Assembly: GCA_964364125.1 (NCBI GenBank)
Contig: CAYIKS010000003.1
Location: 1-38,061, forward strand
Length of the DNA: 38,061 nt
Reading direction: 5' to 3'
Source: an uncultured Candidatus Saccharibacteria bacterium
GTDB lineage: Bacteria > Patescibacteriota > Minisyncoccia > UBA6257 > UBA9933
The position numbers and the translations under genes were made by a program. This document shows positions 1-9,094 of the stretch, one piece after another (the first letter of the stretch is position 1; the number at the start of each line of letters is the position of its first letter). Under the pieces are notes generated by a model. That model had not been told where the DNA came from. It did no database searches and saw only the letters and a list, made by a program, of their open reading frames with translations.

Positions 1-89
1 AACGTTTACTCATAAGTTTTCCAATAAAAAACCCCGTTTTATCAGGGTTGTTTTAAGTATAGCGGATAAGGGGTCTTGGGTCAATGGGC

Positions 90-117
90 TGTGGATAACC
101 TCGGTATGCGTTATAAT
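90..117 (+). promoter_or_regulatory. Perfect DnaA box (tgtggataa at 90-98, TTATCCACA on the minus strand) overlapping the -35 area of a putative recO promoter. TATAAT lies at 112-117, 7 nt before the recO ATG.
   Basis: Exact 9-mer match to the consensus DnaA box and an exact TATAAT hexamer, both read directly. No Shine-Dalgarno sequence lies between the hexamer and the ATG at 124. Confidence 0.35.
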
Positions 118-123
118 TAAACA

Positions 124-666
124 ATGATTGAATATCTTACCGACGCTTTTGTGCTTGATAAGGAAAATGCCGGAGAAATGGATTCTCTGGTTTATTTGTA
201 CACTAAAAATCTCGGCAAAGTGATTGCCAAAGCCAAAAGCGGCCGTAAAATCACTTCCAAACTCGGCGGGCATCTAGAACCCTTAAATCTCGTAAAAATC
301 CGTCTCGTTGAAAAAAACGGCTTTCAAGTAGTTGACGCCTTGGCTATTAAAAAATTTTTAGCCGGCAAGCCGGCTTTTTTAATCGCCAAATTTTTGCGAA
401 TAATGAAATTTATCAAAGAAATGACTTTTGAATGCCAGGCCGACTTTCAGCTCTGGCTTTTGCTTAAAAAAATCTTGACCGGCCCGAGTGCCGATGAAAA
501 AATCATTTATCGCTCATTGCTTAAAATAATGGGTTTTAATCCGAAATTCGCCGAGTGCAGTCAGTGCCGCAAAAAAGAAGCCACTGCTTTTTCTCCGGAA
601 GAACAGAAATTTTTATGCCGAAAATGCGCTTTTAAAGTCCCGAAAAATGGGATAATATTAATTTAA
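124..666 (+). CDS. recO: DNA repair protein RecO (compact form)
   Basis: 180-aa ORF with a RecO-like N-terminus (LTDAFVLDKENAGEMDSLVYLYTKNLGKVIAKAKSGRK) and a C-terminal CxxC...CxxC zinc finger (CSQCRKK...CRKC). Confidence 0.85.
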   Translation: MIEYLTDAFVLDKENAGEMDSLVYLYTKNLGKVIAKAKSGRKITSKLGGHLEPLNLVKIRLVEKNGFQVVDALAIKKFLAGKPAFLIAKFLRIMKFIKEMTFECQADFQLWLLLKKILTGPSADEKIIYRSLLKIMGFNPKFAECSQCRKKEATAFSPEEQKFLCRKCAFKVPKNGIILI

Positions 667-2633
667 TGCCTTTAGAAGATATAGAGAAAGAGCTTTATAA
701 ACAAAAACCCCCTCTAATAAAAGAGGCACGGCAGAGCGCTCCAACGCAAAAAGAAGAAGCCGGAGAATCGTTTAAGCGAGATTGGGAGTTGAGCCGGATG
801 AAAGCCTACGGAGCGAAAAAACCGTTCCGGCAGACCTTCTTCGGCAAATTCTTTCTGAAGTTCGCCGGAGGAATTTTTCAGTCCTTCAAAAAACTTGGAC
901 AATATCAACGTTACGGTCGTTGGGTTTTCGGCGGATTAATAGGAGCCGCGTTGATTCTTCTTGCGGTCAGCGGTTTTTATTTGTATGGGTATTTCACCGC
1001 CAAAGACATAAATTTTTCCGTTGAAGCGCCGAAAGAAGCGATGCTCGGCGCGCCTTTTGATTTAAAAATTCAAATTGACAATCAGTCGGAAAACGCCATC
1101 CGGAAAGTAAGATTATCCATCTCGTTGCCGGAAGATATTTTGGCACCGGCCCAAGACCAGACAAAACAGGGCTTAGTAACCCAGGAGCTCGGCGACTTGG
1201 ACAAAGCCGGCAGTTTACAAAGAAAAATTCCTTTGGTGATTTTCGGGAAAGAACGGAATATCAAACGGTTCCGGGTGACTCTCTCCTACGTGCCGTCGGG
1301 ATTAGAAGGAAGAGTGGAAAAGGCGAAAGTAATGGAAATTTTGGCTAAGGAACCAGCCATTAAAGTGGATATAATAACGCCGCAAAAGGTCTTAAATAAC
1401 GAAGAATTTGAAATTCTGGCGCGCTACACCAATGTTTCGGACGTTGATTTCTACAAAAACGCGGCGCTGAAATTCACTTTCCCCCAGAATTTCGTTTTTA
1501 AGAGTTCCGAGCCGACGTTAATCAATAAAACCTATTTTGCCATTGAGGACTTAATCAAGAATGCCGGCGGAGAAATCTCCATTCGGGGAAAATTAATCGG
1601 AGAGGATGACACTTTTTCGGAGATTAAAGTTGAAACGGAGCTGTCTTTGCTTGAGCAGACGTATAAGATTGACGAAAAAACAGCCAGCGTTTTAATTTCC
1701 TCCTCGCCCTTGTCGCTTAAGATTTTCGTCAATGACCAAGGGAGCAATTACGTGAGTTCTGCGGGACAAACGCTGAAATATTCGCTGGCTTACCGCAACA
1801 ATACGGAAATGGGACTGCAGGATGTTGTAATTAAGGCGCGGCTGGTCGGCGAAATGTTTGATTTTTCTTCGCTGGAAACCGACGGCTTCTTCAATTCAGC
1901 TCAGAATCTTATTACCTGGAATGCCGCCAACACGCCGGAGTTGCGGCGGGTTGCTCCGGGAGCCACCGGTAAAGTTGAGTTTGAAATAGATGTAAGAGAG
2001 GACTATCCTATTAAGAAAAAATCTGACAAAAATTTCACTTTAAAGGCGTTGGGAGAAATCACCTCGCCAACCGTGCCCTACTATGTGACAAGCGAACAAA
2101 GCATCGGCCTCTCCAGTTTGGAAAACAAAGTCGCCGGCAGAACGACGATTGAACCGCAGGTCTATTTCAAAGAACCCAACGCTGAGATTGTTAACAAGGG
2201 CTCGTTGCCGCCGCGGGTGAACATCCCGGTAAATTTTACTGTTCATTTGATAGTTAAAAATTACGCTACTGATGTCCGAGATGTTAAAATTACCGGCTTT
2301 CTTCAATCAAGCGTCAAATGGACAGGCGTTGTCAAAAGCAATGTCGCGAGCCAGCCGACCTATAATGAAAGAACTTCGGAGATAATCTGGGTGATTGACA
2401 AAATTCCGGCAACCAAAGGCGTGATTGACCAGCCGATTGAAGCCATATTTCAAGTTGAAGCCACGCCCGACATCACTCAACTTCAGAAAGAGATGCTCCT
2501 TCTTGATGAAATTCGTCTTCAAGCCATTGATGATTTTGCCGGCATTAAACTGGAAAGTTCGGCTGAAAAATTAACCACCCGGTCGTTGAAGGACTCTGAC
2601 ATAGAAACAAAAGACACGAGAGTGTCGCAATAA
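666..2633 (+). CDS. Membrane-anchored surface protein with 3-4 repeated beta-sandwich-like modules, function unknown
   Basis: 655-aa ORF with one TM helix (WVFGGLIGAALILLAVSGFYLYGYF). It is followed by recurring roughly 100-aa modules with alternating hydrophobic patterns, e.g. FDLKIQIDNQSENAIRKVRLSISLP, FEILARYTNVSDVDFYKNAALKFTFP, LKYSLAYRNNTEMGLQDVVIKARL and VNFTVHLIVKNYATDVRDVKITGF. Its ATG overlaps the recO stop. Confidence 0.7.
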   Translation: MPLEDIEKELYKQKPPLIKEARQSAPTQKEEAGESFKRDWELSRMKAYGAKKPFRQTFFGKFFLKFAGGIFQSFKKLGQYQRYGRWVFGGLIGAALILLAVSGFYLYGYFTAKDINFSVEAPKEAMLGAPFDLKIQIDNQSENAIRKVRLSISLPEDILAPAQDQTKQGLVTQELGDLDKAGSLQRKIPLVIFGKERNIKRFRVTLSYVPSGLEGRVEKAKVMEILAKEPAIKVDIITPQKVLNNEEFEILARYTNVSDVDFYKNAALKFTFPQNFVFKSSEPTLINKTYFAIEDLIKNAGGEISIRGKLIGEDDTFSEIKVETELSLLEQTYKIDEKTASVLISSSPLSLKIFVNDQGSNYVSSAGQTLKYSLAYRNNTEMGLQDVVIKARLVGEMFDFSSLETDGFFNSAQNLITWNAANTPELRRVAPGATGKVEFEIDVREDYPIKKKSDKNFTLKALGEITSPTVPYYVTSEQSIGLSSLENKVAGRTTIEPQVYFKEPNAEIVNKGSLPPRVNIPVNFTVHLIVKNYATDVRDVKITGFLQSSVKWTGVVKSNVASQPTYNERTSEIIWVIDKIPATKGVIDQPIEAIFQVEATPDITQLQKEMLLLDEIRLQAIDDFAGIKLESSAEKLTTRSLKDSDIETKDTRVSQ

Positions 2634-2647
2634 AGGAATCATGAATT

Positions 2648-3994
2648 ATGAATAATAACTTAATGGAAAAAGTTGTAAGCTTGTGCAAAAGGCGGGGCTT
2701 CGTTTATCCCGGCTCGGAGATTTACGGCGGCTTGGCGAATTCCTGGGATTACGGCCCGCTCGGCGTTGAATTAAAAAATAATCTCAAGCAATCCTGGTGG
2801 GAATTTTTCGTCAAAAGCCGCGAAGATGTGTACGGATTGGACGCGGCTTTAATTATGAATCGCAAAGTTTGGCAGGCATCCGGCCACGAGAAGAAATTCA
2901 TTGACCTTTTGGTTGAATGCAAAAAATGCCATAGCCGGTTTCAGGCGGATAAACTTAAAGACAATAAAAAATGTCCGCTTTGCAGCGGCGGTCTGACCGC
3001 GCCGCGGAACTTTAACACGATGCTCAAGACATATCTCGGTCCGGTTGAAAATGAGGCCGGTCTTACTTATCTCCGGCCCGAAACCGCGCAGGCGATTTTT
3101 GTTAATTTCAAAAACATCATTGATTCTTTTCATCCGAAAATTCCTTTCGGCATCGCCCAAATCGGCAAGGCGTTCCGCAACGAAATCACGCCGGGAAATT
3201 TTATTTTCAAGACCCGCGAATTTGAGCAAATGGAGATTGAATATTTTATCAAGGAAAAAGAATGGCAAAAATGGTTTGATTACTGGTCGGAAGAAATTAA
3301 AAAGTGGTTTCAATTTGTCGGAATTGACGAAGAGAAATTATATTTTAAAGAAGTTCAGGATAATGAACGCGCCCATTATTCCAAGCGAACAATTGACATA
3401 GAGTACGATTTTCCTTTTGGCCGCGACGAGCTCTGCGGCTTGGCTTATCGGACCGATTTTGACCTGAAGAACCACGAACAGAATTCCGGCCAAAACTTGA
3501 AATACAAAGATTCGGAAACCGGCGAAGAATTCTGGCCGCATGTGATTGAGCCAAGCTTGGGCGTTGACCGGACTCTCTTGGCGGTTTTATTAAGCGCTTA
3601 TTATGAAGACAAAGACCCCGTCTCCGCGAACGCTTCGGCGGGCAAGCGCGTTGTTTTAAAACTCAAACCAAATTTAGCGCCGTATAAAGTTGCGGTGTTT
3701 CCGCTTTTGGCAAATAAACCGGAACTGGTGAAAAAAGCCCGCGAAATTTATAAAATGTTAAAAATCAGCAATCAGCAATCAGCAATCAGCAATCTTACTG
3801 CCGCCTGGGACGACCGCGGCAACATCGGAAAACGCTATTATTCGCAGGACGAAATCGGCACGCCGTTTTGTATCACAGTTGATTTCCAGACCTTAGAAGA
3901 TAACACCGTTACCGTCCGCGACCGCGACACCACAAAACAGGTAAGAGTAAAAATCAACGACCTTAAAGATTATCTTAATGGAAAAATTCAATAA
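2648..3994 (+). CDS. glyQS: Glycine--tRNA ligase (dimeric class II type)
   Basis: 448 aa. The N-terminus RGFVYPGSEIYGGLANSWDYGPLGVELKNN and the C-terminal GNIGKRYYSQDEIGTPFCITVD are GlyRS signatures. Confidence 0.95.
   Translation: MNNNLMEKVVSLCKRRGFVYPGSEIYGGLANSWDYGPLGVELKNNLKQSWWEFFVKSREDVYGLDAALIMNRKVWQASGHEKKFIDLLVECKKCHSRFQADKLKDNKKCPLCSGGLTAPRNFNTMLKTYLGPVENEAGLTYLRPETAQAIFVNFKNIIDSFHPKIPFGIAQIGKAFRNEITPGNFIFKTREFEQMEIEYFIKEKEWQKWFDYWSEEIKKWFQFVGIDEEKLYFKEVQDNERAHYSKRTIDIEYDFPFGRDELCGLAYRTDFDLKNHEQNSGQNLKYKDSETGEEFWPHVIEPSLGVDRTLLAVLLSAYYEDKDPVSANASAGKRVVLKLKPNLAPYKVAVFPLLANKPELVKKAREIYKMLKISNQQSAISNLTAAWDDRGNIGKRYYSQDEIGTPFCITVDFQTLEDNTVTVRDRDTTKQVRVKINDLKDYLNGKIQ
3764..3794. repeat. 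Perfect heptanucleotide tandem array ATCAGCA x4 plus ATC, inside glyQS
   Basis: Counted base by base, with copies at 3764-3770, 3771-3777, 3778-3784 and 3785-3791. Translated in frame as ISNQQSAISN. Confidence 0.9.
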
Positions 3995-5249
3995 AATAAC
4001 ATTGGACAACGGCTTGCGGATTATCACCGTGCCCAAACCGGACAGTTTGGCGACCACGATTCTGGTATTGGTTGAAGCCGGCTCAAAATACGAAACCAAA
4101 GAAATCAACGGTATTTCCCATTTTCTGGAACATCTGTGTTTTAAGGGCACTTCAAAGCGGCCGAAAAGCATTGATATTGCTTCAGAATTAGACAGCATCG
4201 GCGCGTCCTATAACGCTTTTACTTCAATGGAATACACCGGTTATTTTGCTAAAGCCCAACCAAAACACCTGGATAAAATTTTAGACGTGGTTTCCGACAT
4301 TTATCAAAATTCCATTTTTGACGCCGATGAGATTAATAAGGAACGCGGCGTTATCGTGGAAGAAATAAATATGTACGAGGACTTGCCGATGAGACGAGTT
4401 CAGGAATTGTTCACGACTTTGCTTTACGGCGACCAACCGGCTGGCTGGGATATTGCCGGCAGAAAAGAGGTGATTAAAAAATTAACTCGCGATGACTTTA
4501 TTAGATATCGCAATGAACATTATCCCGCCAAGTCCTCTTTGGCGGTGCTTGCCGGAAAGTTCAATGAAAATGAAGCGGTCGGAAAAATTAAACAGGCGTT
4601 TTCCGACATTAAATCCGGCGTCAAAACGCCGAAAATAAAAACCGTTGAACAACAACGGAAGCCCGAAGTTTTATCTAAGCATAAAGAAACCGACCAAACC
4701 CATTTGGTTTTGGGCGTTCGGGCTTTTGATATTTTTGACGAACGAAAATACGCCTTGGAGATTTTAGCGGATATTCTCGGCGGCGGGATGAGTTCCCGGC
4801 TATTTCAAAAAATCCGTGAAGAAATGGGCGCGGCTTATTATGTGCGGGCCGATGCTGACCCTTACACTGACCACGGTTATCTTGCCGCTTCAGCCGGCAT
4901 TGACCATAACAAAATTAACGAGGTTATCGCGGCAATCATTGAAGAATTTATGAAAACAATTCAAGAGCCGATAGATAAAAACGAGCTTCAGCGCGCCAAA
5001 GACCATTTAACCGGCCATTTGATGCTTGGGCTGGAAACATCCGACGCCTTGGCCGGTTTTTACGGCGGTCAAGAGGTGATTACCGGAAAGATGCTCCCCC
5101 CTCAGGAACTGACTAAAAAATATCAGGCCGTCAAGGCCGAAGAAATTATGGAGGTCGCCAAAGAGATTTTTCAAAACAATAAACTTAATCTGGCGCTTAT
5201 TGGACCATTTAAGGAAAAGGAACGATTTGAGAAAATTCTCAAATTGTGA
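3978..5249 (+). CDS. M16 (pitrilysin/insulinase) family zinc peptidase
   Basis: 423 aa with the inverted zinc motif HxxEH (HFLEHLCFKGT) near the N-terminus. The start overlaps the glyQS 3' end by 17 nt. Confidence 0.88.
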   Translation: MEKFNKITLDNGLRIITVPKPDSLATTILVLVEAGSKYETKEINGISHFLEHLCFKGTSKRPKSIDIASELDSIGASYNAFTSMEYTGYFAKAQPKHLDKILDVVSDIYQNSIFDADEINKERGVIVEEINMYEDLPMRRVQELFTTLLYGDQPAGWDIAGRKEVIKKLTRDDFIRYRNEHYPAKSSLAVLAGKFNENEAVGKIKQAFSDIKSGVKTPKIKTVEQQRKPEVLSKHKETDQTHLVLGVRAFDIFDERKYALEILADILGGGMSSRLFQKIREEMGAAYYVRADADPYTDHGYLAASAGIDHNKINEVIAAIIEEFMKTIQEPIDKNELQRAKDHLTGHLMLGLETSDALAGFYGGQEVITGKMLPPQELTKKYQAVKAEEIMEVAKEIFQNNKLNLALIGPFKEKERFEKILKL

Positions 5250-5264
5250 TAATCTGTTGGCAAC

Positions 5265-6290
5265 ATGCAGAAAGACGCTTTTGAGATAACTTGGTTTTCC
5301 CTTTGGCGAATTTTCTTTATGCTGCTTTTGGCGGCGGCTTTGTTTATGGTCCGCGAGGTTTTAGTGATTATTTTCTTGGCAATCGTTATTTCCTCGGCTT
5401 TGGACAGACCGGTCAGTTTCTTGGAAAGAAGGAAAATGCCGAGAATTTTGGGAACGCTTCTGGTGTTTATAGTAATTTTAATCGTTCTCTCTTTGGTTTT
5501 ATACGCCATTATCCCGATAAGCATTCTGGAACTTAAAAATCTTTTGCAGGGAATAAGCAAGTTGGAAATTCCGATTTTCGGCTCGCTTGACGCTTCGGAT
5601 ATTATCCAAAAACTTGATAAGGTAATGGGTAATCTGGGTAATCTTATATTCTCCGGCGGAGCTTCGTTTTTTAACGTCGTCGCCGCGGTTTTCGGCAACG
5701 TTCTTTTGATTATCGTCACTTTTGTTCTTTCTTTTTATCTGACGCTCAATCGCGAAGGCGTGGAAACCTTTCTCAGAGCGATTCTGCCCATAACTCAGGA
5801 GGATTACATTATCGGAATTTATCGCCGCAGCCGGAGAAAATTAGGACTCTGGCTTCAGGGACAGATTCTTTTGATGGCGATTGTGGGCGCGCTCGTTTCT
5901 TTGGGATTGTGGATTTTGGGCGTTGATTACGCCTTGATTTTGGGCCTTCTTGCCGGACTTTTGGAAATTGTTCCTTTGGCCGGGCCGATTTTCGCCGGCG
6001 TCGCGGCTTTTCTGGCGGCAATTTCGGAATCCTGGACTTTGGGCCTTTACACAATTTTGCTATTCGTGGTGATTCAGCAGATAGAAAACCATTTACTGCT
6101 TCCTTTGGTGATGAGAAAAACGATCGGCATAAGTCCGGTGATTGTGGTAATCTCAATTCTGGCCGGCTCTTATTTGGCCGGTTTTGTCGGAATAATCTTG
6201 GCGGTGCCGACGGCTGTGGTCTTCCAGGAAATTCTCAAGGACTGGGAAGAAAGGAAATTAAAGATAAAAGGCGGGAGGATAATAGAGTAG
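5265..6290 (+). CDS. AI-2E family transporter (PerM/UPF0118-like permease)
   Basis: 341 aa with multiple TM helices. The C-terminal block EIVPLAGPIFAGV...IENHLLLPLVM...ISPVIVVISIL is typical of this family. Confidence 0.8.
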   Translation: MQKDAFEITWFSLWRIFFMLLLAAALFMVREVLVIIFLAIVISSALDRPVSFLERRKMPRILGTLLVFIVILIVLSLVLYAIIPISILELKNLLQGISKLEIPIFGSLDASDIIQKLDKVMGNLGNLIFSGGASFFNVVAAVFGNVLLIIVTFVLSFYLTLNREGVETFLRAILPITQEDYIIGIYRRSRRKLGLWLQGQILLMAIVGALVSLGLWILGVDYALILGLLAGLLEIVPLAGPIFAGVAAFLAAISESWTLGLYTILLFVVIQQIENHLLLPLVMRKTIGISPVIVVISILAGSYLAGFVGIILAVPTAVVFQEILKDWEERKLKIKGGRIIE

Positions 6291-6299
6291 GCTTCATCG

Positions 6300-7751
6300 A
6301 TGGAAAAATTTTTTGTCACCACGGCCATTGATTATGTCAACGCCCCTCCTCACATCGGCCACGCTTTGGAAAAAATCCAGGCCGATGTTTTGGCGCGACT
6401 TCATCGCCAAAAAAGCGAGGAAGTGTTTTTTTTGACCGGCGCTGACGAACACGGAACGAAAATATTCAAGGCGGCGCGGGAAGCGGGAAAGGAACCGCAG
6501 AGGTTTGTTGACGAAATGTCGGAAAAATTTAAAGAGTTGAAACAGGCGCTCAATCTTTCCTGGGACGATTTTCTGCGAACCACCGATAAAAACCGACACT
6601 GGCCGGCTGTTTTTGAAATCTGGAAAAGAATAAGAAACAACGGCGACATTGAAAAAAGAAAATATCAAGGCCTTTACTGCGTCGGCTGCGAGGCGTTTAA
6701 AAATCCGAAAGAGCTCGTTGACGCTAAATGCCCGGAGCATCTGACCGAGCCGGAACAAATTGAAGAAGAAAATTATTTTTTCAAACTTTCAAAATACGCC
6801 GGAGAAATTGAATCAAGAATTAAAAGCGATGAATTAAAAATTATCCCCGAATCGCGGAAAAACGAAATTCTTTCTTTTATAAATCGGGGAGTTAACGACA
6901 TTAGCGTTTCGCGGCCAAAAGAAAAATTGGCGTGGGGCATTCCGGCGCCCGACGACGAAAGCCAAATTATTTATGTCTGGATAGACGCGCTGACCAATTA
7001 CATATCCGCTCTCGGTTTTGGAAGTAAAGACGCGAAAAACTTTGAAAAATTCTGGCCAGCTGACGTTCATTTTGTCGGCAAAGATATTTTGCGCTTTCAC
7101 GCCGTTATCTGGCCGGGGATGTTGCTTTCCGCCGGCTTGCCGCTCCCGAAAACAATCTTTGCCCACGGATTTATCACGGTCGGAGGGCAGAAAATGTCAA
7201 AATCTTTGGGCAATATCGTTTCTCCGTTTGAACTGGCGGAAAAATACGGCGCCGACGCGGTGAGATATTATCTTTTGCGCGAAGTCTCGGCTTACGAGGA
7301 CGGCGATTTCACCGAAGAAAAATTCAAAGAGAGGTATAATGGCGATTTAGCCAACGGCTTGGGTAATTTTTGCGCTCGCGTGTTAACGCTCGCCCAAGGC
7401 GACACCAATATACAAACATACGCGAATGACACGAATGTTAATAAAAAAATCAAAGAGACGACGGAAGTGGTTGATAAAAAATTAGAAGAGTTTAAATTCA
7501 ACGAGGCACTGGCGGCGATTTGGGATTTGATAAGTTTCGGCGATAATTATGTAAACATAACAGAACCATGGCATGCTGTAGAACCAGGAAGAACAAGGGC
7601 TCTGGTTAATTTGATTTATTTATTAGAAAATGTCGCGCAACTTTTGATGCCTTTTCTTCCCCAAACCTCGGAAAAAATTTTCGGGAGCATCGTCAAAACA
7701 GACAAAACTCTCCAGATAAAAAAGGGCGGGATTCTTTTCCCGCGGGTTTGA
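6300..7751 (+). CDS. metG: Methionine--tRNA ligase (short form, no C-terminal tRNA-binding domain)
   Basis: 483 aa with the class I HIGH motif (PPHIGHALE) and KMSKS (KMSKSLGN). Confidence 0.95.
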   Translation: MEKFFVTTAIDYVNAPPHIGHALEKIQADVLARLHRQKSEEVFFLTGADEHGTKIFKAAREAGKEPQRFVDEMSEKFKELKQALNLSWDDFLRTTDKNRHWPAVFEIWKRIRNNGDIEKRKYQGLYCVGCEAFKNPKELVDAKCPEHLTEPEQIEEENYFFKLSKYAGEIESRIKSDELKIIPESRKNEILSFINRGVNDISVSRPKEKLAWGIPAPDDESQIIYVWIDALTNYISALGFGSKDAKNFEKFWPADVHFVGKDILRFHAVIWPGMLLSAGLPLPKTIFAHGFITVGGQKMSKSLGNIVSPFELAEKYGADAVRYYLLREVSAYEDGDFTEEKFKERYNGDLANGLGNFCARVLTLAQGDTNIQTYANDTNVNKKIKETTEVVDKKLEEFKFNEALAAIWDLISFGDNYVNITEPWHAVEPGRTRALVNLIYLLENVAQLLMPFLPQTSEKIFGSIVKTDKTLQIKKGGILFPRV

Positions 7752-7758
7752 AGTTGTG

Positions 7759-7840
7759 TGGGCAGGGAGGGACTTGAACCCTCAAGCCTTGCGGCATTAG
7801 CTCCTAAAGCTAACGTGTTTCCCAGTTTCACCACCTGCCC
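7759..7840 (-). tRNA. tRNA-Leu (anticodon UAG), long variable arm, no encoded CCA
   Basis: The reverse complement folds as a cloverleaf: acceptor GGGCAGG/CCTGCCC, anticodon stem TTAGC/GCTAA with loop TTTAGGA, a 13-nt variable arm, T arm GAGGG-TTCAAGT-CCCTC and discriminator A. Confidence 0.9.
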
Positions 7841-7965
7841 TTGACGAATGAACTTTTTTATGCTATGTTTATGACTAATTTTAGGGGATGTTTTCTATCT
7901 CCTAAAATCGGCGTAGGTCTTTAATTTTAGAATATGGTTTAAGAAAAAACAATGTATTTGGCCGA

Positions 7966-9093
7966 ATGGCCGAGGAGGAAGAAATGGAAAAAATGAAAGA
8001 CAAAGAAGAGGAGAAGTTGGAGGTATTTATAGTCGCACCGTGGTGGAGTCTACTAATTGGTGCTGGTATTACGATCGTGGCGTCTATTCTCGCTGGGTTG
8101 TTTGGTTGGTTGATGGTGATTATTATTAGAGCCGTCATCAAACCGCCTTATTCTCCTGTCTTGTATGGAGCCCCCTTAGCGTTAACCATTCTCACGATAA
8201 TTCTTGTAGGTTTAGCTGGACTAAAAGAAAGAATTAAAGTGGCCCATAAGGGAGTCCTATTATTTCTCGGGAAACGAGTGAAAAGATGGTTATTTGACGA
8301 AGGCCGACATTGGACGCCTGCTTTAATCGCGTCTCTTGAGGAAGTGGATACAAGGAAAATAGCGAAGGATATCTCTAAAGCCGAGGCTTTCACAAAAGAG
8401 AACGTAAGGGTTTCTGTAGATACTACCATACAGTATATAGTAAAAGACCCGTATACCTATCTTGAATTGGGTCCGCAGGTAGTTGAGAAAGGTCTTGAAG
8501 ATTTAACAAAACAGGTCCTCAGGCTTGTAACTAAACAGAAAACCCTCGATCAGGCCTTAGAAATGCACCAAGAGCTGAACGATATCCTCAGAAGCGTTTT
8601 AACTCCAGGCAAAGAAACAGGGGAAGATGTAAAAAAGAAATACGGGATTACTCAGGAAATTGATAAGTCAACCGCTAAGTGGGGTATTGATGTTGTCGAT
8701 GTTTTCGTCGCTGAGGTTCAGCCGCCAGAAGAAGTATCTAAAGAACTCGAGAAGGTTAGAAAAGAAATAGCACACCGAGAAGCCGAGGAGATAGAAACAG
8801 CCCATATTATTAACATGTTAAACAAGCTTCAGGGCGAAGAAATAGAAATCTCTGAGGAAAAATCGGGAGTAGGAGGGGGAGTAAAAGTTAAGATTAAAAA
8901 ACCTTTAACTCCGGAAGCAAGCGCCTTATTATTCCAGACAGAAAGAGGGAAGGTTACTAAGAATGTTGACGAAAAGAGAATAGTTGTCCCCGAAGAGAGC
9001 GGACAACTTCTTAAAGAAATTGCTGCAAACTTTAAACCTATCACAATAATAGTAGGAAAAGAAACGGCGTCAAAAAACGAAGGGAGGGATTAG
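7966..9093 (+). CDS. SPFH/band-7 (stomatin/prohibitin/HflK-like) membrane protein with a coiled-coil tail
   Basis: 375 aa: N-terminal TM hairpin, then an SPFH-like core (VSVDTTIQYIVKDPYTYLE...WGIDVVDVFVAEVQPPEEV) and a charged helical tail. The ATG at 7984 has a better RBS (gaggagga) and may be the true start. Confidence 0.8.
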   Translation: MAEEEEMEKMKDKEEEKLEVFIVAPWWSLLIGAGITIVASILAGLFGWLMVIIIRAVIKPPYSPVLYGAPLALTILTIILVGLAGLKERIKVAHKGVLLFLGKRVKRWLFDEGRHWTPALIASLEEVDTRKIAKDISKAEAFTKENVRVSVDTTIQYIVKDPYTYLELGPQVVEKGLEDLTKQVLRLVTKQKTLDQALEMHQELNDILRSVLTPGKETGEDVKKKYGITQEIDKSTAKWGIDVVDVFVAEVQPPEEVSKELEKVRKEIAHREAEEIETAHIINMLNKLQGEEIEISEEKSGVGGGVKVKIKKPLTPEASALLFQTERGKVTKNVDEKRIVVPEESGQLLKEIAANFKPITIIVGKETASKNEGRD

Positions 9094-9094
9094 A

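Noticed and set aside
30-54. Possible terminator hairpin AACCC-N10-GGGTT at the left edge.
   Set aside because: The stem is only 5 bp with a 10-nt loop and a weak T-run, and the upstream gene is outside the window. That is too weak to call.
2849-3313. Long antisense or off-frame shadow ORFs opposite or within strongly conserved genes. Examples are 10-273, 2849-3313, 5171-5719, 5809-6156, 6294-6758, 6834-7166, 12478-12858, 14400-14801, 18618-18932, 33990-34316, 34528-34842 and 35921-36199.
   Set aside because: Each lies inside a CDS with unmistakable family motifs in another frame or strand. Their translations are low-complexity or Arg/Ser/Pro-rich, as expected for non-coding frames, and none has its own start context.
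7395-7440. Apparent repeat in metG (ACGCGAATG / ACACGAATG, encoding TYANDTNV).
   Set aside because: There are only two imperfect 9-nt copies with no clear tandem period. This is within what chance produces, so it was not counted with the period-7/8 arrays.
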